From Octopus sinensis (Eukaryota): a stretch of DNA of 64,000 bases. The DNA is taken from contig NC_043012.1 of NCBI RefSeq assembly GCF_006345805.1, positions 1,798,001-1,862,000 of the forward strand. Direction: 5' to 3'. The notes below the pieces were generated by a model. That model had not been told where the DNA came from and did not search any database. It was given only the letters and a program-made list of their open reading frames with translations. The position numbers were made by a program, and so were the translations under genes. Of this stretch, positions 37,803 through 51,050 are shown in pieces. The stretch's first letter is position 1. Each line of letters opens with the position of its first letter.

Positions 37803-38879
37803 ATGATGGTAGCCACACCAATAACAGAGCAACTCTCCGCAAAGTGTTCCAAACATCATATTGATGTCACCTCTGATGTTGATGATAGTCTGAATGTGTT
37901 CGCAAATGGTGACAGTGAGATTTCACTGATTCAGAAAGCTAAGATTAAGAAAACTGAAGAGAAAAACGATGTCAGTGAGAAACTGGAAGAAAGCAGTCAA
38001 AGCGATTCTATGTTAACTGATGATGGTGACACAGAAACCAGTAGCATCGGGTCAAACAAAGGGTCGACTGGATTGACCCCAGATGAAATTAAAGTTGATG
38101 AACAAGTGATTGAAAAGAAAGTTAAAAAAAAATATTATTGGTATGGCAACCATAAACTAGTGAAACCCATCAAAGACATCCCACCACGATTCCAACAGAT
38201 GCTGGCAGAAACTAATGCTGAAAAAATACGATGTGAAGGACGACCTATCATTCTACAACAGCAGGTTGAACAGAACCGAAATGACGCAAACATTACGTCA
38301 ACGTCTTTCAACCCAGATGCACAGTGTTTTATTCCGAATCAAATATTTGACAAGATGGATGCTAACGTTAAGGACATGCCATTGTCCGTGACAAATGGAG
38401 TAAGCAACAGTAGCAGCAGTGATAGTAGCAGCAGTTGCAGTAGTAATAGTAGTAATACCAGTAACAGTATGATGTGTAGCAGATCTGGATGTGGTAATGC
38501 AGTGAGTGGTACTCATTCTGAAATGCTGTCACCTGCCAATGGAGCACACGTGCCCTTCACAGCGAATCCTATATACACAATACACATTTACAGCTCAGCG
38601 AACACTCCGATGACAAATGCAAGCATTTCTTCATCTGCTAACCCTTGCTGCATGCATGCCACTAATTCATGTACTAACATGTACCCTTCAGCAAACAACC
38701 AGCAACCATTACAAGCACCGGTGTATTATACCTCGCAGCCGTTTTCACAACCAACCTATGCAACAGCTGAATATCAACCATTCAGACATTCCGTAAATCA
38801 TGCCCAGTCGGTCCAGTATGCTCCCTGTATTACTTATACTCAAAATCACCAATACCCGTTAGCTGCAATGCCTCATTAA
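37803..38879 (+). CDS. Uncharacterised 358-aa, probably largely disordered protein with a PAM2-like motif; putative post-transcriptional regulator
   Basis: The only long non-repetitive ORF, with natural composition. It has an acidic/Ser N-terminal part, a KKKYYWYGNHKLVKPIKDIPPRFQQML block, SFNPDAQCFIP (PAM2-like) and a Ser/Pro/Tyr/Gln-rich C-terminus. The track ORF starts at TTG 37791; the first ATG is at 37803. Confidence 0.85.
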   Translation: MMVATPITEQLSAKCSKHHIDVTSDVDDSLNVFANGDSEISLIQKAKIKKTEEKNDVSEKLEESSQSDSMLTDDGDTETSSIGSNKGSTGLTPDEIKVDEQVIEKKVKKKYYWYGNHKLVKPIKDIPPRFQQMLAETNAEKIRCEGRPIILQQQVEQNRNDANITSTSFNPDAQCFIPNQIFDKMDANVKDMPLSVTNGVSNSSSSDSSSSCSSNSSNTSNSMMCSRSGCGNAVSGTHSEMLSPANGAHVPFTANPIYTIHIYSSANTPMTNASISSSANPCCMHATNSCTNMYPSANNQQPLQAPVYYTSQPFSQPTYATAEYQPFRHSVNHAQSVQYAPCITYTQNHQYPLAAMPH

Positions 38880-41449
38880 TTTGCAGTCAAAGCATTACCC
38901 TCTTCCATTTAGGGTAGAATTGAAGATTTCAGAATCAGAAAATATCGAATGTTGTGTCTCAGGAATTAGACCATTTAGAGTGACCGACTGATCTCAACAC
39001 ATTCATACTACGGAAACTTGTTAGCAACACTGACCAACTGACCGTAGTTATGTTGCTGTTATAGAAACTGACACTGACCACAACTATATAGATGTGAGCA
39101 CTGACTGCAAATGTGCTGAAATACCTTTTGACATTGACCACAGCTAACATAATGTGGCTGTCCTGGAAGGGATGACTGTTACTGTTGTTTAGCACCAGGA
39201 AATATCATTTCCAGCTGGCTACACGACACAATATTTGTGTCCTTATATATTGTCATATAGATATTGGGTCATATAGCCAAGTGGAACCGCTATTTCCTGG
39301 GGCTAAACAACAGTAAGAGTCTTCCCTTCCAGAACAGCCGCATTATGTTGGCAAATAGCATTTACTTAAAAGAACTGTTACTGAAATCTCTCTATGAGAG
39401 ATTTAGAAATAATAATATTGACAACAGCTGCTTGGAATATTGAATCACATAGTGAAACTGAGAACTGACCACTGCCATCTTGCAACCATAAATAATGTAT
39501 TGATATTATAGATACTGACCAATTGCCTACATCTGTATTGATGTTATACGTACTAACACTGACAGGTAACTATACTAACACTCTCATTACTGATAACATA
39601 GTGACTGATATGCTGATATGAAATCAATTTATTGATTCTTGCAGCATATATTTCCTAAATGGTATATGATATGACCAAACAAGGTGACAGCAGAAATATA
39701 ACTTATAATAAGAAAGAAAGGCACTGGAAAAAAATTTTATACAAACACTTACGAACAATGTACAAATGAACAAACGTTACAAGCTGAGAATAAAATATTT
39801 TTAATATATTTATGAATGGTACTGATATGATACACTCAATATTTGGGATATATCAAATAGTTATGATGCATCAAATATTTGTGATATATCAGATATCACA
39901 TGAAATATCATATGATAACAATTAAGGTTAGAGCTTTGTCTTAATATTCTAAATTTAACTCTTATAGTCAAAAGGAAAAAAAATTCAATATTATAAGACT
40001 GGAAACCTTGTTTTCTTTTTAGAATACTGCATAGAACCATAGTTATTATAAATTTTACATTGACATTAACAAGAAATTAGACAATGTCCTTGACAAACAA
40101 AGGTGATTAATACAGACAGGACTATTTCTTCTACCAATAACATTAAGTACAAATAATTTATGTGAGGTTAAGTTAATTGACACCAATCCTTCATCGTTCT
40201 TTCAGATCATTGAAAAATAGGGGTGAAAAAGGGCAATAAACTGGCAGCAACAATATTTAGTGGGCCAGTCTAAACAGCATGCTACGTTAAGTTGCATTCC
40301 TTAACATTCAGAATTCAAATGAGACCAAGACGTAAATATACATTTTGCTGCTCTAGAGTTGATAAATTATATAGATAATAGTCATATACGAAGATTTATT
40401 TATCCACCTATGCCCCTCCCATATGAATATGGGAGGGGTAAAAAACCAAGAGCACTCGATTGGATGAATTGGTAGAGTGGCAGCTTTTCCCCACCCAAAT
40501 TTCTGGTGTTGTGCTCATTGCTAAAAATTATAATTATTTGAAAAAGTCTAATTAAAATTATCATATTTTGTAGTATTGAGTATTATCTGATATATCACAA
40601 TCTTGTACTGCTATCATTGTATTGAATATCACATATATGGCAGCTGTATTACCAACTTTTATCCCCTAGATCATAATTATCCTGTATATTACAATTCTAA
40701 TATCAATTGTTATTCCATGTATCACGATTGTAATATGAAATGTTATTGCATGTATTGCTTTCATGATATCAAATGTTATCACCCATAATGCAATAAACAT
40801 TACAATAGAAATCTCAAGTCTTTATTCCAATTGTAATATCAAATGTTAGTTTGTATAATGCAATAAGGAATTGCTATTGTAATAGTGCTTATTGTTCCAT
40901 ATGTTAGAATTAGCATATCAACTCATTAATCTCATTAATGTCATCAAGTCTCACTCATATATATTAATTATTATGCAACATGTTCAAAATATATTATATA
41001 CAGCTTACAATACTATAATAGAAATAATGTATTATAATTGTATACTATAATAATATAGATGATAATAACATAATATGAAAACAAATTGTATACTATAATA
41101 ATATATATGATAATAATATAATATGAACATGGAATTTTGTCGGTGAACAGGTCGCGGTCTCAAAGCGATGAAAATATTTTGACAAATTAAATTTAAATGT
41201 TGAAGTGAATCTAACAGATTTTGAGTGTTTCTTAAATGGCTTATATACACCTTCCATGCTGCAATTGTTTTCGTTCCAGCACACAATCTCAGATCAGGTC
41301 ACTTGCTATGCAAGTACATCTCCGTAAAATATAATATGATATCATAATAAATTATAATTATGTATGTAATAACATTATTATAATTTTATAATATTGTATT
41401 ATGATGTTATTATATTAGGATAAGGCAGCAAGCTGGCAGATTTGTTAGT

Positions 41450-41710
41450 ATCATCATCATCATCATTTGACATCTGCCTTCCATGCTGTCATGGGTTGGA
41501 TGGTGTGACAGGATCTGGCCAGGTAGAAGACTACACAAGGTTTCTGCGTCTGTCTTGGCATGGTTTTTACAGCTGGAAGCCCTTCCTAACACCAACCACC
41601 CAGCAGAGTAGACTGAGTGCTTTTTACACAGCACCGGTACAGGTGAGGTTAGTTCTGGCATAATTTTTACAGCTGGATGCCCTTCCAAATGCCAACCACT
41701 TCACAGTGTG
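41450..41710 (-). mobile_element. Degenerate family B retroposon
   Basis: (CAT)n followed by the reverse complement of the B tail. Confidence 0.7.
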
Positions 41711-42355
41711 GACTGGATGCTTTTTATGCCACATTTTAGCAGCATTACTTTTGGTTCATTACATTCTAAGTTCAAATCATATTACCTAACATTACACTAG
41801 CAACATTATCAAGCACTACACAGACATTATCATACACCTTGCAAATCAGCTTATTAAAATTCCTCACCAGTCACATTTTCAAGCACCACACCAACCGTGT
41901 TATTAAACATCACGTCAACAACATTATCAAACATTACATGAACTTACTACCCAACATCATACTAACTTCATTATCAAACACTATGCCAGTAGCATTATCA
42001 AACACTATGCCAGTAGCATTATCAACCACACATTATCAAACATGTTATCATCATCCACACAATTAAATATTCCAATAACCACATTATCAGGTGACAACCT
42101 ATGTTAATTCATACTCTTCAAATGCATATTATTTAAATATTTTTGATTCTTTGTTTACTTTATTGTTCGTTATAGTTTTTATTCTAATAAAAAACTGAAT
42201 AAACAATAAAATTTAAATAGAGACTGCTAGTAATGCTGTTGTTACTATTACTGTTTTTGTTGTTGTCGTTGTTGCTCCTGTTGATGATGATGATCATGGC
42301 GGTCATGTGGTGTTGCTATTGCTATGGTTGTTGATGTCATTACTATTGCGGTTAA

Positions 42356-42391
<36 letters not shown>

Positions 42392-42743
42392 CTATCACCA
42401 ACATTACCATTGAGATACCATTCACACACAAAAAAAAACACATCACCATATCACCCTCCCCGTTATCATCATCATCATCATCATTGCCATCATCATCTTT
42501 GTTGTCAACAACATCACCATCATCTTCATTAATAGAAGGTTGCAAATATTAATCAGCTGAAGTTTATATTGTTTCCCATCAACACAAGTCTATCTGGAAT
42601 ACAGGTAGTTGTAAAAAGTGTTTAGTTATGACTTGTATCATACACAAACACAGCAACCATATTATCAAACATCAAACCCACCGTATCATCAAACACCACA
42701 CCAACTATGATCAAACACCACACTGATTACATCATCATACACT

Positions 42744-45700
42744 ACACCAGCAACATTATCAAACATCACACAGCAACATTATCAAACATCACACCAGCAA
42801 CATTATCAAACACCACACCAGCAACATTATCAAACATCACACCAGCAACATTATCAAACATCACACCAGCAACATTATCAAACATCACACCAGCAACATT
42901 ATCAAACATCACACCAGCAACATTATCAAATACCACACCAGCAACATTATCAAACATCACACCAGCAACATTATCAAACATCACACCAGCAACATTATCA
43001 AACAGCACATCAGCAACATTATCAAACATCACACCAGCAACATTATCAAACATCACACCAGCAACATTATCAAATATCACACCAGCAACATTATCAAACA
43101 TCACACCAGCAACATTATCAAATACCACACCAGCAACATTATCAAATACCACACCAGCAACATTATCAAACATCACACCAGCAACATTATCAAACATCAC
43201 ACCAGCAACATTATCAAACACCACACCAGCAACATTATCAAATACCACACCAGCAACATTATCAAACATCACACCAGCAACATTATCAAACATCACACCA
43301 GCAACATTATCAAACACCACACCAGCAACATTATCAAACATCACACCAGCAACATTATCAAACATCACACCAGCAACATTATCAAACATCACACCAGCAA
43401 CATTATCAAACATCACACCAGCAACATTATCAAACATCACACCAGCAACATTATCAAATATCACACCAGCAACATTATCAAACAGCACACCAGCAACATT
43501 ATCAAACATCACACCAGCAACATTATCAAACATCACACCAGCAACATTATCAAATACCACACCAGCAACATTATCAAACATCACACCAGCAACATTATCA
43601 AACATCACACCAGCAACATTATCAAATACCACACCAGCAACATTATCAAACATCACACCAGCAACATTATCAAACACCACACCAGCAACATTATCAAACA
43701 TCACACCAGCAACATTATCAAACATCACACCAGCAACATTATCAAACATCACACCAGCAACATTATCAAACATCACACCAGCAACATTATCAAACATCAC
43801 ACAGCAACATTATCAAATATCACACCAGCAACATTATCAAACACCACACCAGCAACATTATCAAACATCACACCAGCAACATTATCAAACACCACACCAG
43901 CAACAATATCAAACACCACACCAGCAACATTATCAAACATCACACCAGCAACATTATCAAACATCACACCAGCAACATTATCAAATATCACACCAGCAAC
44001 ATTATCAAACACCACACCAGCAACATTATCAAATACCACACCAGCAACATTATCAAACATCACACCAGCAACATTATCAAACACCACACCAGCAACATTA
44101 TCAAACATCACACCAGCAACATTATCAAACATCACACCAGCAACATTATCAAACATCACACCAGCAACATTATCAAACATCACACCAGCAACATTATCAA
44201 ACATCACACCAGCAACATTATCAAACAGCACACCAGCAACATTATCAAACATCACACCAGCAACATTATCAAATACCACACCAGCAACATTATCAAACAT
44301 CACACCAGCAACATTATCAAACATCACACCAGCAACATTATCAAACATCACACCAGCAACATTATCAAACATCACACCAGCAACATTATCAAACAGCACA
44401 CCAGCAACATTATCAAACATCACACCAGCAACATTATCAAACATCACACCAGCAACATTATCATCAACACCACCAGCAACATTATCAAATACCACACCAG
44501 CAACATTATCAAACATCACACCAGCAACATTATCAAATACCACACCAGCAACATTATCAAACATCACACCAGCAACATTATCAAATACCACACCAGCAAC
44601 ATTATCAAACATCACACCAGCAACATTATCAAACATCACACCAGCAACATTATCAAACATCACACCAGCAACATTATCAAACATCACACCAGCAACATTA
44701 TCAAACATCACACAGCAACATTATCAAATATCACACCAGCAACATTATCAAACACCACACCAGCAACATTATCAAACATCACACCAGCAACATTATCAAA
44801 CACCACACCAGCAACAATATCAAACACCACACCAGCAACATTATCAAACATCACACCAGCAACATTATCAAACATCACACCAGCAACATTATCAAACATC
44901 ACACCAGCAACATTATCAAACATCACACCAGCAACATTATCAAACACCACACCAGCAACATTATCAAAACCACACCAGCAACATTATCAAACATCACACC
45001 AGCAACATTATCAAACATCACACCAGCAACATTATCAAATACCACAGCAGCAACATTATCAAACATCACACCAGCAACATTATCAAACACAATACCACAC
45101 CAGCAACATTATCAAACATCACACCAGCAACATTATCAAACATCACACCAGCAACATTATCAAATACCACACCAGCAACATTATCAAACATCACACCAGC
45201 AACATTATCAAATACCACACCAGCAACATTATCAAATACCACACCAGCAACATTATCAAACAGCACACCAGCAACATTATCAAACATCACACCAGCAACA
45301 TTATCAAATACCACACCAGCAACATTATCAAATACCACACCAGCAACATTATCAAATACCACACCAGCAACATTATCAAACATCACACCAGCAACATTAT
45401 CAAATACCACACCAGCAACATTATCAAATACCACACCAGCAACATTATCAAACATCACACCAGCAACATTATCAAATACCACACCAGCAACATTATCAAA
45501 TACCACACCAGCAACATTATCAAATACCACACCAGCAACATTATCAAACATCACACCAGCAACATTATCAAATACCACACCAGCAACATTATCAAATACC
45601 ACACCAGCAACATTATCAAACATCACACCAGCAACATTATCAAATACCACACCAGCAACATTATCAAATACCACACCAGCAACATTATCAAACAGCACAC

Positions 45701-47135
45701 CAGCAACATTATCAAACATCACACCAGCAACATTATCAAATACCACACCAGCAACATTATCAAATACCACACCAGCAACATTATCAAACATCACACCAGC
45801 AACATTATCAAACATCACACCAGCAACATTATCAAACATCACACCAGCAACATTATCAAACATCACACCAGCAACATTATCAAACATCACACACCAGCAA
45901 CATTATCAAACATCACACCAGCAACATTATCAAACATCACACCAGCAACATTATCAAACATCACACCAGCAACATTATCAAACATCACACCAGCAACATT
46001 ATCAACAGCACACCAGCAACATTATCAAATCACACACCAGCAACATTATCAAACATCACACCAGCAACATTATCAAATACCACACCAGCAACATTATCAA
46101 ACATCACACCAGCAACATTATCAAACATCACACCAGCAACATTATCAAACAGCACACCAGCAACATTATCAAACATCACACCAGCAACATTATCAAATAC
46201 CACACCAGCAACATTATCAAACATCACACCAGCACATTATCAAACATCACACCAGCAACATTATCAAACATCACACCAGCAACATTATCAAACATCACAC
46301 AGCAACATTATCAAATATCACACCAGCAACATTATCAAACACCACACCAGCAACATTATCAAACATCACACCAGCAACATTATCAAATACCACACCAGCA
46401 ACATTATCAAACACACACCAGCAACATTATCAAATACCACACCAGCAACATTATCAAACATCACACCAGCAACATTATCAAATACCACACCAGCAACATT
46501 ATCAACACCACACCAGCAACATTATCAAATACCACACCAGCAACATTATCAAACATCACACCAGCAACATTATCAACATCACACCAGCAACATTATCAAA
46601 TACCACACCAGCAACATTATCAAACATCACACCAGCAACATTATCAAACATCACACACCACAACATTATCAAACATCACACCAGCAACATTATCAAAATC
46701 ACCAACACCAGCAACATTATCAAACATCACACCAGCAACATTATCAAACATCACACCAGCAACATTATCAAACATCACACCAGCAACATTATCAAATACC
46801 ACACCAGCAACATTATCAAATACCACACCAGCAACATTATCAAACATCACACCAGCAACATTATCAAATACCACACCAGCAACATTATCAAACATCACAC
46901 CAGCAACATTATCAAATACCACACCAGCAACATTATCAAACATCACACCAGCAACATTATCAAACATCACACCAGCAACATTATCAAATACCACACCAGC
47001 AACATTATCAAACATCACACCAGCAACATTATCAAACATCACACCAGCAACATTATCAAACATCACACCAGCAACATTATCAAACATCACACCAGCAACA
47101 TTATCAAACATCACACAGCAACATTATCAAACACC
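42744..47135. repeat. 24-bp minisatellite (acaccagcaacattatcaaacatc), ~183 copies, 4.4 kb
   Basis: Direct reading; variation is concentrated at aa(c/t)a(t/c/g)c, with scattered 1-bp indels. Confidence 0.97.
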
Positions 47136-47410
47136 AATAACAATATCAAGCAATGTATTAAGCTCATCAGAAACCACACCAACAACATTGTTAAACACTA
47201 TACAAACAACATTATCAAACAACACATGAAGCACATTGACAAAAGCTACAACAACAACATTATCTAATGCTACACTGACAACATTATCACGCCAGAATTA
47301 TCAAACACCACACTATGTTGTCAAATGATACAGCAGCCATATTATGAGACACTACACCAACAGCATTATCAAACAATATACTAGCAATATTATCAAACAC
47401 CACAAAGCAA

Positions 47411-48830
47411 GGTCTAGGATCGAGGAGCCTTAGAGTTAACCTAGAACCAACCAAAGTCTTAGTACATAGGAAAGCAGGTGAATCACAAGTTCTTTTTTGA
47501 TCTGTAGGAAAGGCATTGGTAGAAATTCCATAAGATGTACTCAGTGCAAGCTATGGATACATAAGAAGTGCAGCAATATCAGAGGAAGTTTAAATGGGGA
47601 AATGGATATTGTGTGTGGAAGGTACACAGGTACAGTTACTGTACAAAAAATAGACTCCATCAAATGCCATTGGGGTAAGCTAGAGGTAGTTGATAGCTTC
47701 CGTTACCTAGGTTATCAAGTCAGTAGTGGAGGTGGACGCCCTGGGAGCATAGCTGCAAGAATAAGAATAGGCTGAGCAAAGTTCAGAGAGCTCCTACCTT
47801 TGTTGCCTGTGTGTGACCAGCTATGCTACATGGCAGTGAAACATGGGCTGTGACCACTGAGGGCATAGGTAGGCTTGAAATAAATGAAGCTAGTATACTT
47901 CACTAGAAGTGCAATGTCATTGTGCATGTATGACAGTGTGTAAGCATCTTGAGAGAAAAATTAGGCATGAGAGGCATCAGATGTGGTGTGCAAGAGAGAC
48001 AACTCCGCTGGTATGATCATGTGATGCATATGGATGTGGATAGCTGTGTAAAGAAATGCTGATCGCTAACTGTAGATGGAACTTGTGTAAGAGGTAGACT
48101 CAGGAGGCATAGGATGAGGTGATGAAGCATGATCTTCAAAAGTTGGGCCCCACGGAGGCAATGACTAGTGACCAAGACCTTTGGTGATTTGCCATGCTTG
48201 AGAAGGCCTGTCAAGCCAAGTGAAATCATAGACGTGGCCAATGCCAATGTCACATAACTGGCATGTAAAAAGCACCTTTCACGTGTTGGGCCTCATGGAG
48301 GTAATGACAAATGACTGAGACCTTTGGCAATATGCTATGCTTGAGAAGAAGACCCATCAAGCTAAGCGAAATCATAGTCGTGGTAGATACTGGTATCATG
48401 CAAATGGCTCCCATGCCGGTGGCACATAAAAGCACCCATTACACTCTCAAGGTGGTTGGCATTAGGAAGGGCATCCAGCTGTAGAAAACCATGTCAAATT
48501 AGACTGGAGTCTGGTGCAACCCTCCGGCTTACCAGTCCCTGGTCAAACCATCTGACCCATACCTATTTCTTTATTACCCACAAGGGGCTAAACACAGAGG
48601 GGACAAACAAGGACAGACATAGGTATTAAGTCGATTACATCGACCCCAGTGCGTAACTGGTACTTAATTTATCAGCCCCGAAAGGATGAAAGGCAAAGTC
48701 GACCTCGGTGGAATTTGAACTCACAATGTAAAACAGAAGAAATACCGCGAAGCATTTCCTTCAGCGTGCTAACGCTTCAGCCAACTCGCCACCAACTGAC
48801 CCATACCAGCATGGACAATGGTCATTAAAT
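47411..48830 (+). mobile_element. 5'-truncated RTE-type LINE (post-RT region, Cys-rich motif, C-terminus and family B tail) interrupted by a family C SINE
   Basis: CRKGIGRNSIRCTQCKLWIHKKCSNIRG...KLEVVDSFRYLG, followed by the tail, which resumes after 48795. Confidence 0.85.
48564..48795 (-). mobile_element. Family C SINE with a 12-bp target-site duplication
   Basis: CTGACCCATACC at 48552-48563 and 48796-48807. Confidence 0.9.
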
Positions 48831-49499
48831 GCTACTGCTGCTGCTGATGATGATGATGATGATGATTATGATGATGATGATGATGATGATTGCACCGACA
48901 GTATCGAACACCTCACTAACTATGTCATACAATGCTCCAACCACATCAACTGCATTATAAAACATCACACCAACAGTATTATCAAACAATATATCGACCT
49001 TATTATCAAATGACTTTGTCAAGCACCGACCAATCACATTATCAAACAAAATATCAATCAGAGTATGGAACAACATACACTGACTATATTATCAAGCAGG
49101 TTTCTTTCCTCAATTTCTACAGTTTTGAGTTGGTTGGATAATAGTCATAGTAGCAGATGGCCATGCTTGAGAATCCAGAGAATAGGACCATATGAAGAAG
49201 GTGCTTGAAATAGTGAACAGCAAAAATGTGTGGATGGACATTATCAAACATACAACAATATAAAAGTACAAAACTGGATTTTAAAACTGTTTTCTCTTTT
49301 ATATTGCTTTATTTTTTTTTTTGCTGCATTGCTAAGAAATTTTCTGCCAAAAGAAAATTTTAAAATTGAAGAGTTATTATTGCAGAAGGATTGTACAAAT
49401 TTGCACAAGCTGTTTAAAAATACTAGGTTAAGGAAAAAGTTTGTGTGCTATGTTAAAATAATGATTTTTTCATGCAAGAATTTATTCAAAAACAACAAC

Positions 49500-49900
49500 A
49501 ACTACCCTTCAAAATAAAGACCACCATTTTCCCACCAAAGTACCAATCTTTCAGCTTTGAATCAAAAAATTCTTGACGGGCTTCTTCAACTTCATCGAAT
49601 GATTCAAATCGGTGACCTTTCATAAAGAGCTGCATTGACTGGAAGAGACTGTAGTCAGATGGAGCAACATCTGGACTACAGGTTGGGTGTGGCAGAACTT
49701 CCACGCTGACCATTTCTTCAGTCTTGTTACTGGTCTTTCTGGTGGTATGTGACTGGCTTTGCATTGTCTTATTGAAACAAAGCGTGTTTTCAATGAACAA
49801 GTCTTGGGAACTTTTCAACCAGTGCATCACAGACTCGATCAAGTTGCTCGCAGTAAAGTTCAGCATTGATGGTGCAACCATTCAGCACAAGTTTGGCACA
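49500..49900 (-). mobile_element. Mos1-like mariner transposase C-terminal remnant
   Basis: VEVLPHPTCSPDVAPSDYSLFQSMQLFMKGHRFESFDEVEEARQEFFDSKLKDWY. Confidence 0.9.
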
Positions 49901-49932
49901 CAAACTTTTTCCTCAACCTAATATATATGTAT

Positions 49933-50345
49933 TGGCATGGCTGTGTGGTAAGAAGTCTGCTTCCCAACCACATGGTTCTGGGTTCAGTCCCACAGCATAG
50001 TACCTTATATGAGTGTCTTTTACTAAAGTGTTGGGCTGAATAAAGCCTTGTGATTGGATTTGGTGAACAGAAACCAAAGGAAGCCGAATGTATGTGTGTG
50101 TGCGCAAGTGTATGTGTGTGCACATGTGTGTGTGTGCGCACGTGTGTGTCATTGTGTCTGTTTTATTCCTCGCCACTGCTTGACAACTGGTGTTGCCTTG
50201 TTAACTTAGCAGTTTGGCAAAAGAGACCAAGAGAATAAGTACCAAGCTGAAAGAAAAAGTACTGGGATCAATTCATTCACTAAAAATTTCTTCAAAGGAG
50301 TGCCCCAGCATGGCCACAGTCTAATGATTGAAACAAGCAAAAGAA
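49933..50345 (+). mobile_element. Family A SINE (diverged)
   Basis: Similarity to the other copies. Confidence 0.8.
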
Positions 50346-50544
50346 AGGACAGAAGGAAGAGAGAGATGGGAGGAAGAAAGAAATTTTAAACTTGGGTATA
50401 CACCTGGTAGTATGCCAATTAAAGCACATTCACTGTCTGTGGCTATCTCATGTCATCAACAGGATGGAGGATATAAGTGCCACTGAATTTACTTCAGGAA
50501 TTCCTTCATGTCCATCAAGTGTATAACAAAAGAGAGAGAGAGAA

Positions 50545-50900
50545 AATGGAATTCACAAGATTCTTTTTTAATCACTATGATCGTTTCGACCCATCATGTG
50601 TTGGTCCCTCACAGGTAAGACTCTGAACAACTGGTTGTGGTGTATCATTTGTTGCTGATGTGTCTCATCAGGTGATCTTTCAAAAGGTACCTCGTTCTTT
50701 AAACTCAGTTTCACTTAGTTCGATTATAATATATTTCATCGTTTGCTTCAGCAAGGTACCTTTTGAAAAAGCCACTTGACAAGACACATCTGCACCAAAA
50801 GATGCACCACAACCAGTTGTACAGTATCTCGACTGCAAAAGACCAATGCATGATGGGTCAAAACAATTGTAGTGATTAATAATCTCATAGATACCATTTT
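50545..50900. mobile_element. Older fold-back element with a hammerhead motif in each arm
   Basis: Arms ~50545-50690 and ~50755-50900 are diverged reverse complements. The motif is at 50571-50676 (-), with a decayed copy at 50773-50877 (+). Confidence 0.7.
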
Positions 50901-51050
50901 CTCTTTCTCTCATCTTTTTGTTTGTATGTGTATATGTATGTATGTATGTAAGCACATACATACATATGTTGAAGTTAGAGATTTAGATATGCAAACGGGT
51001 TTGTTTCAGTGGTGACAGAATAAAAGAACTAAAATAAGTTTGACAAATCC

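Noticed and set aside
42707-47140. 1477-aa ORF as a mucin-like gene
   Set aside because: The peptide switches between all three repeat frames through indels, and the minus strand is also open. It is not called as a CDS and is kept only as a finding.
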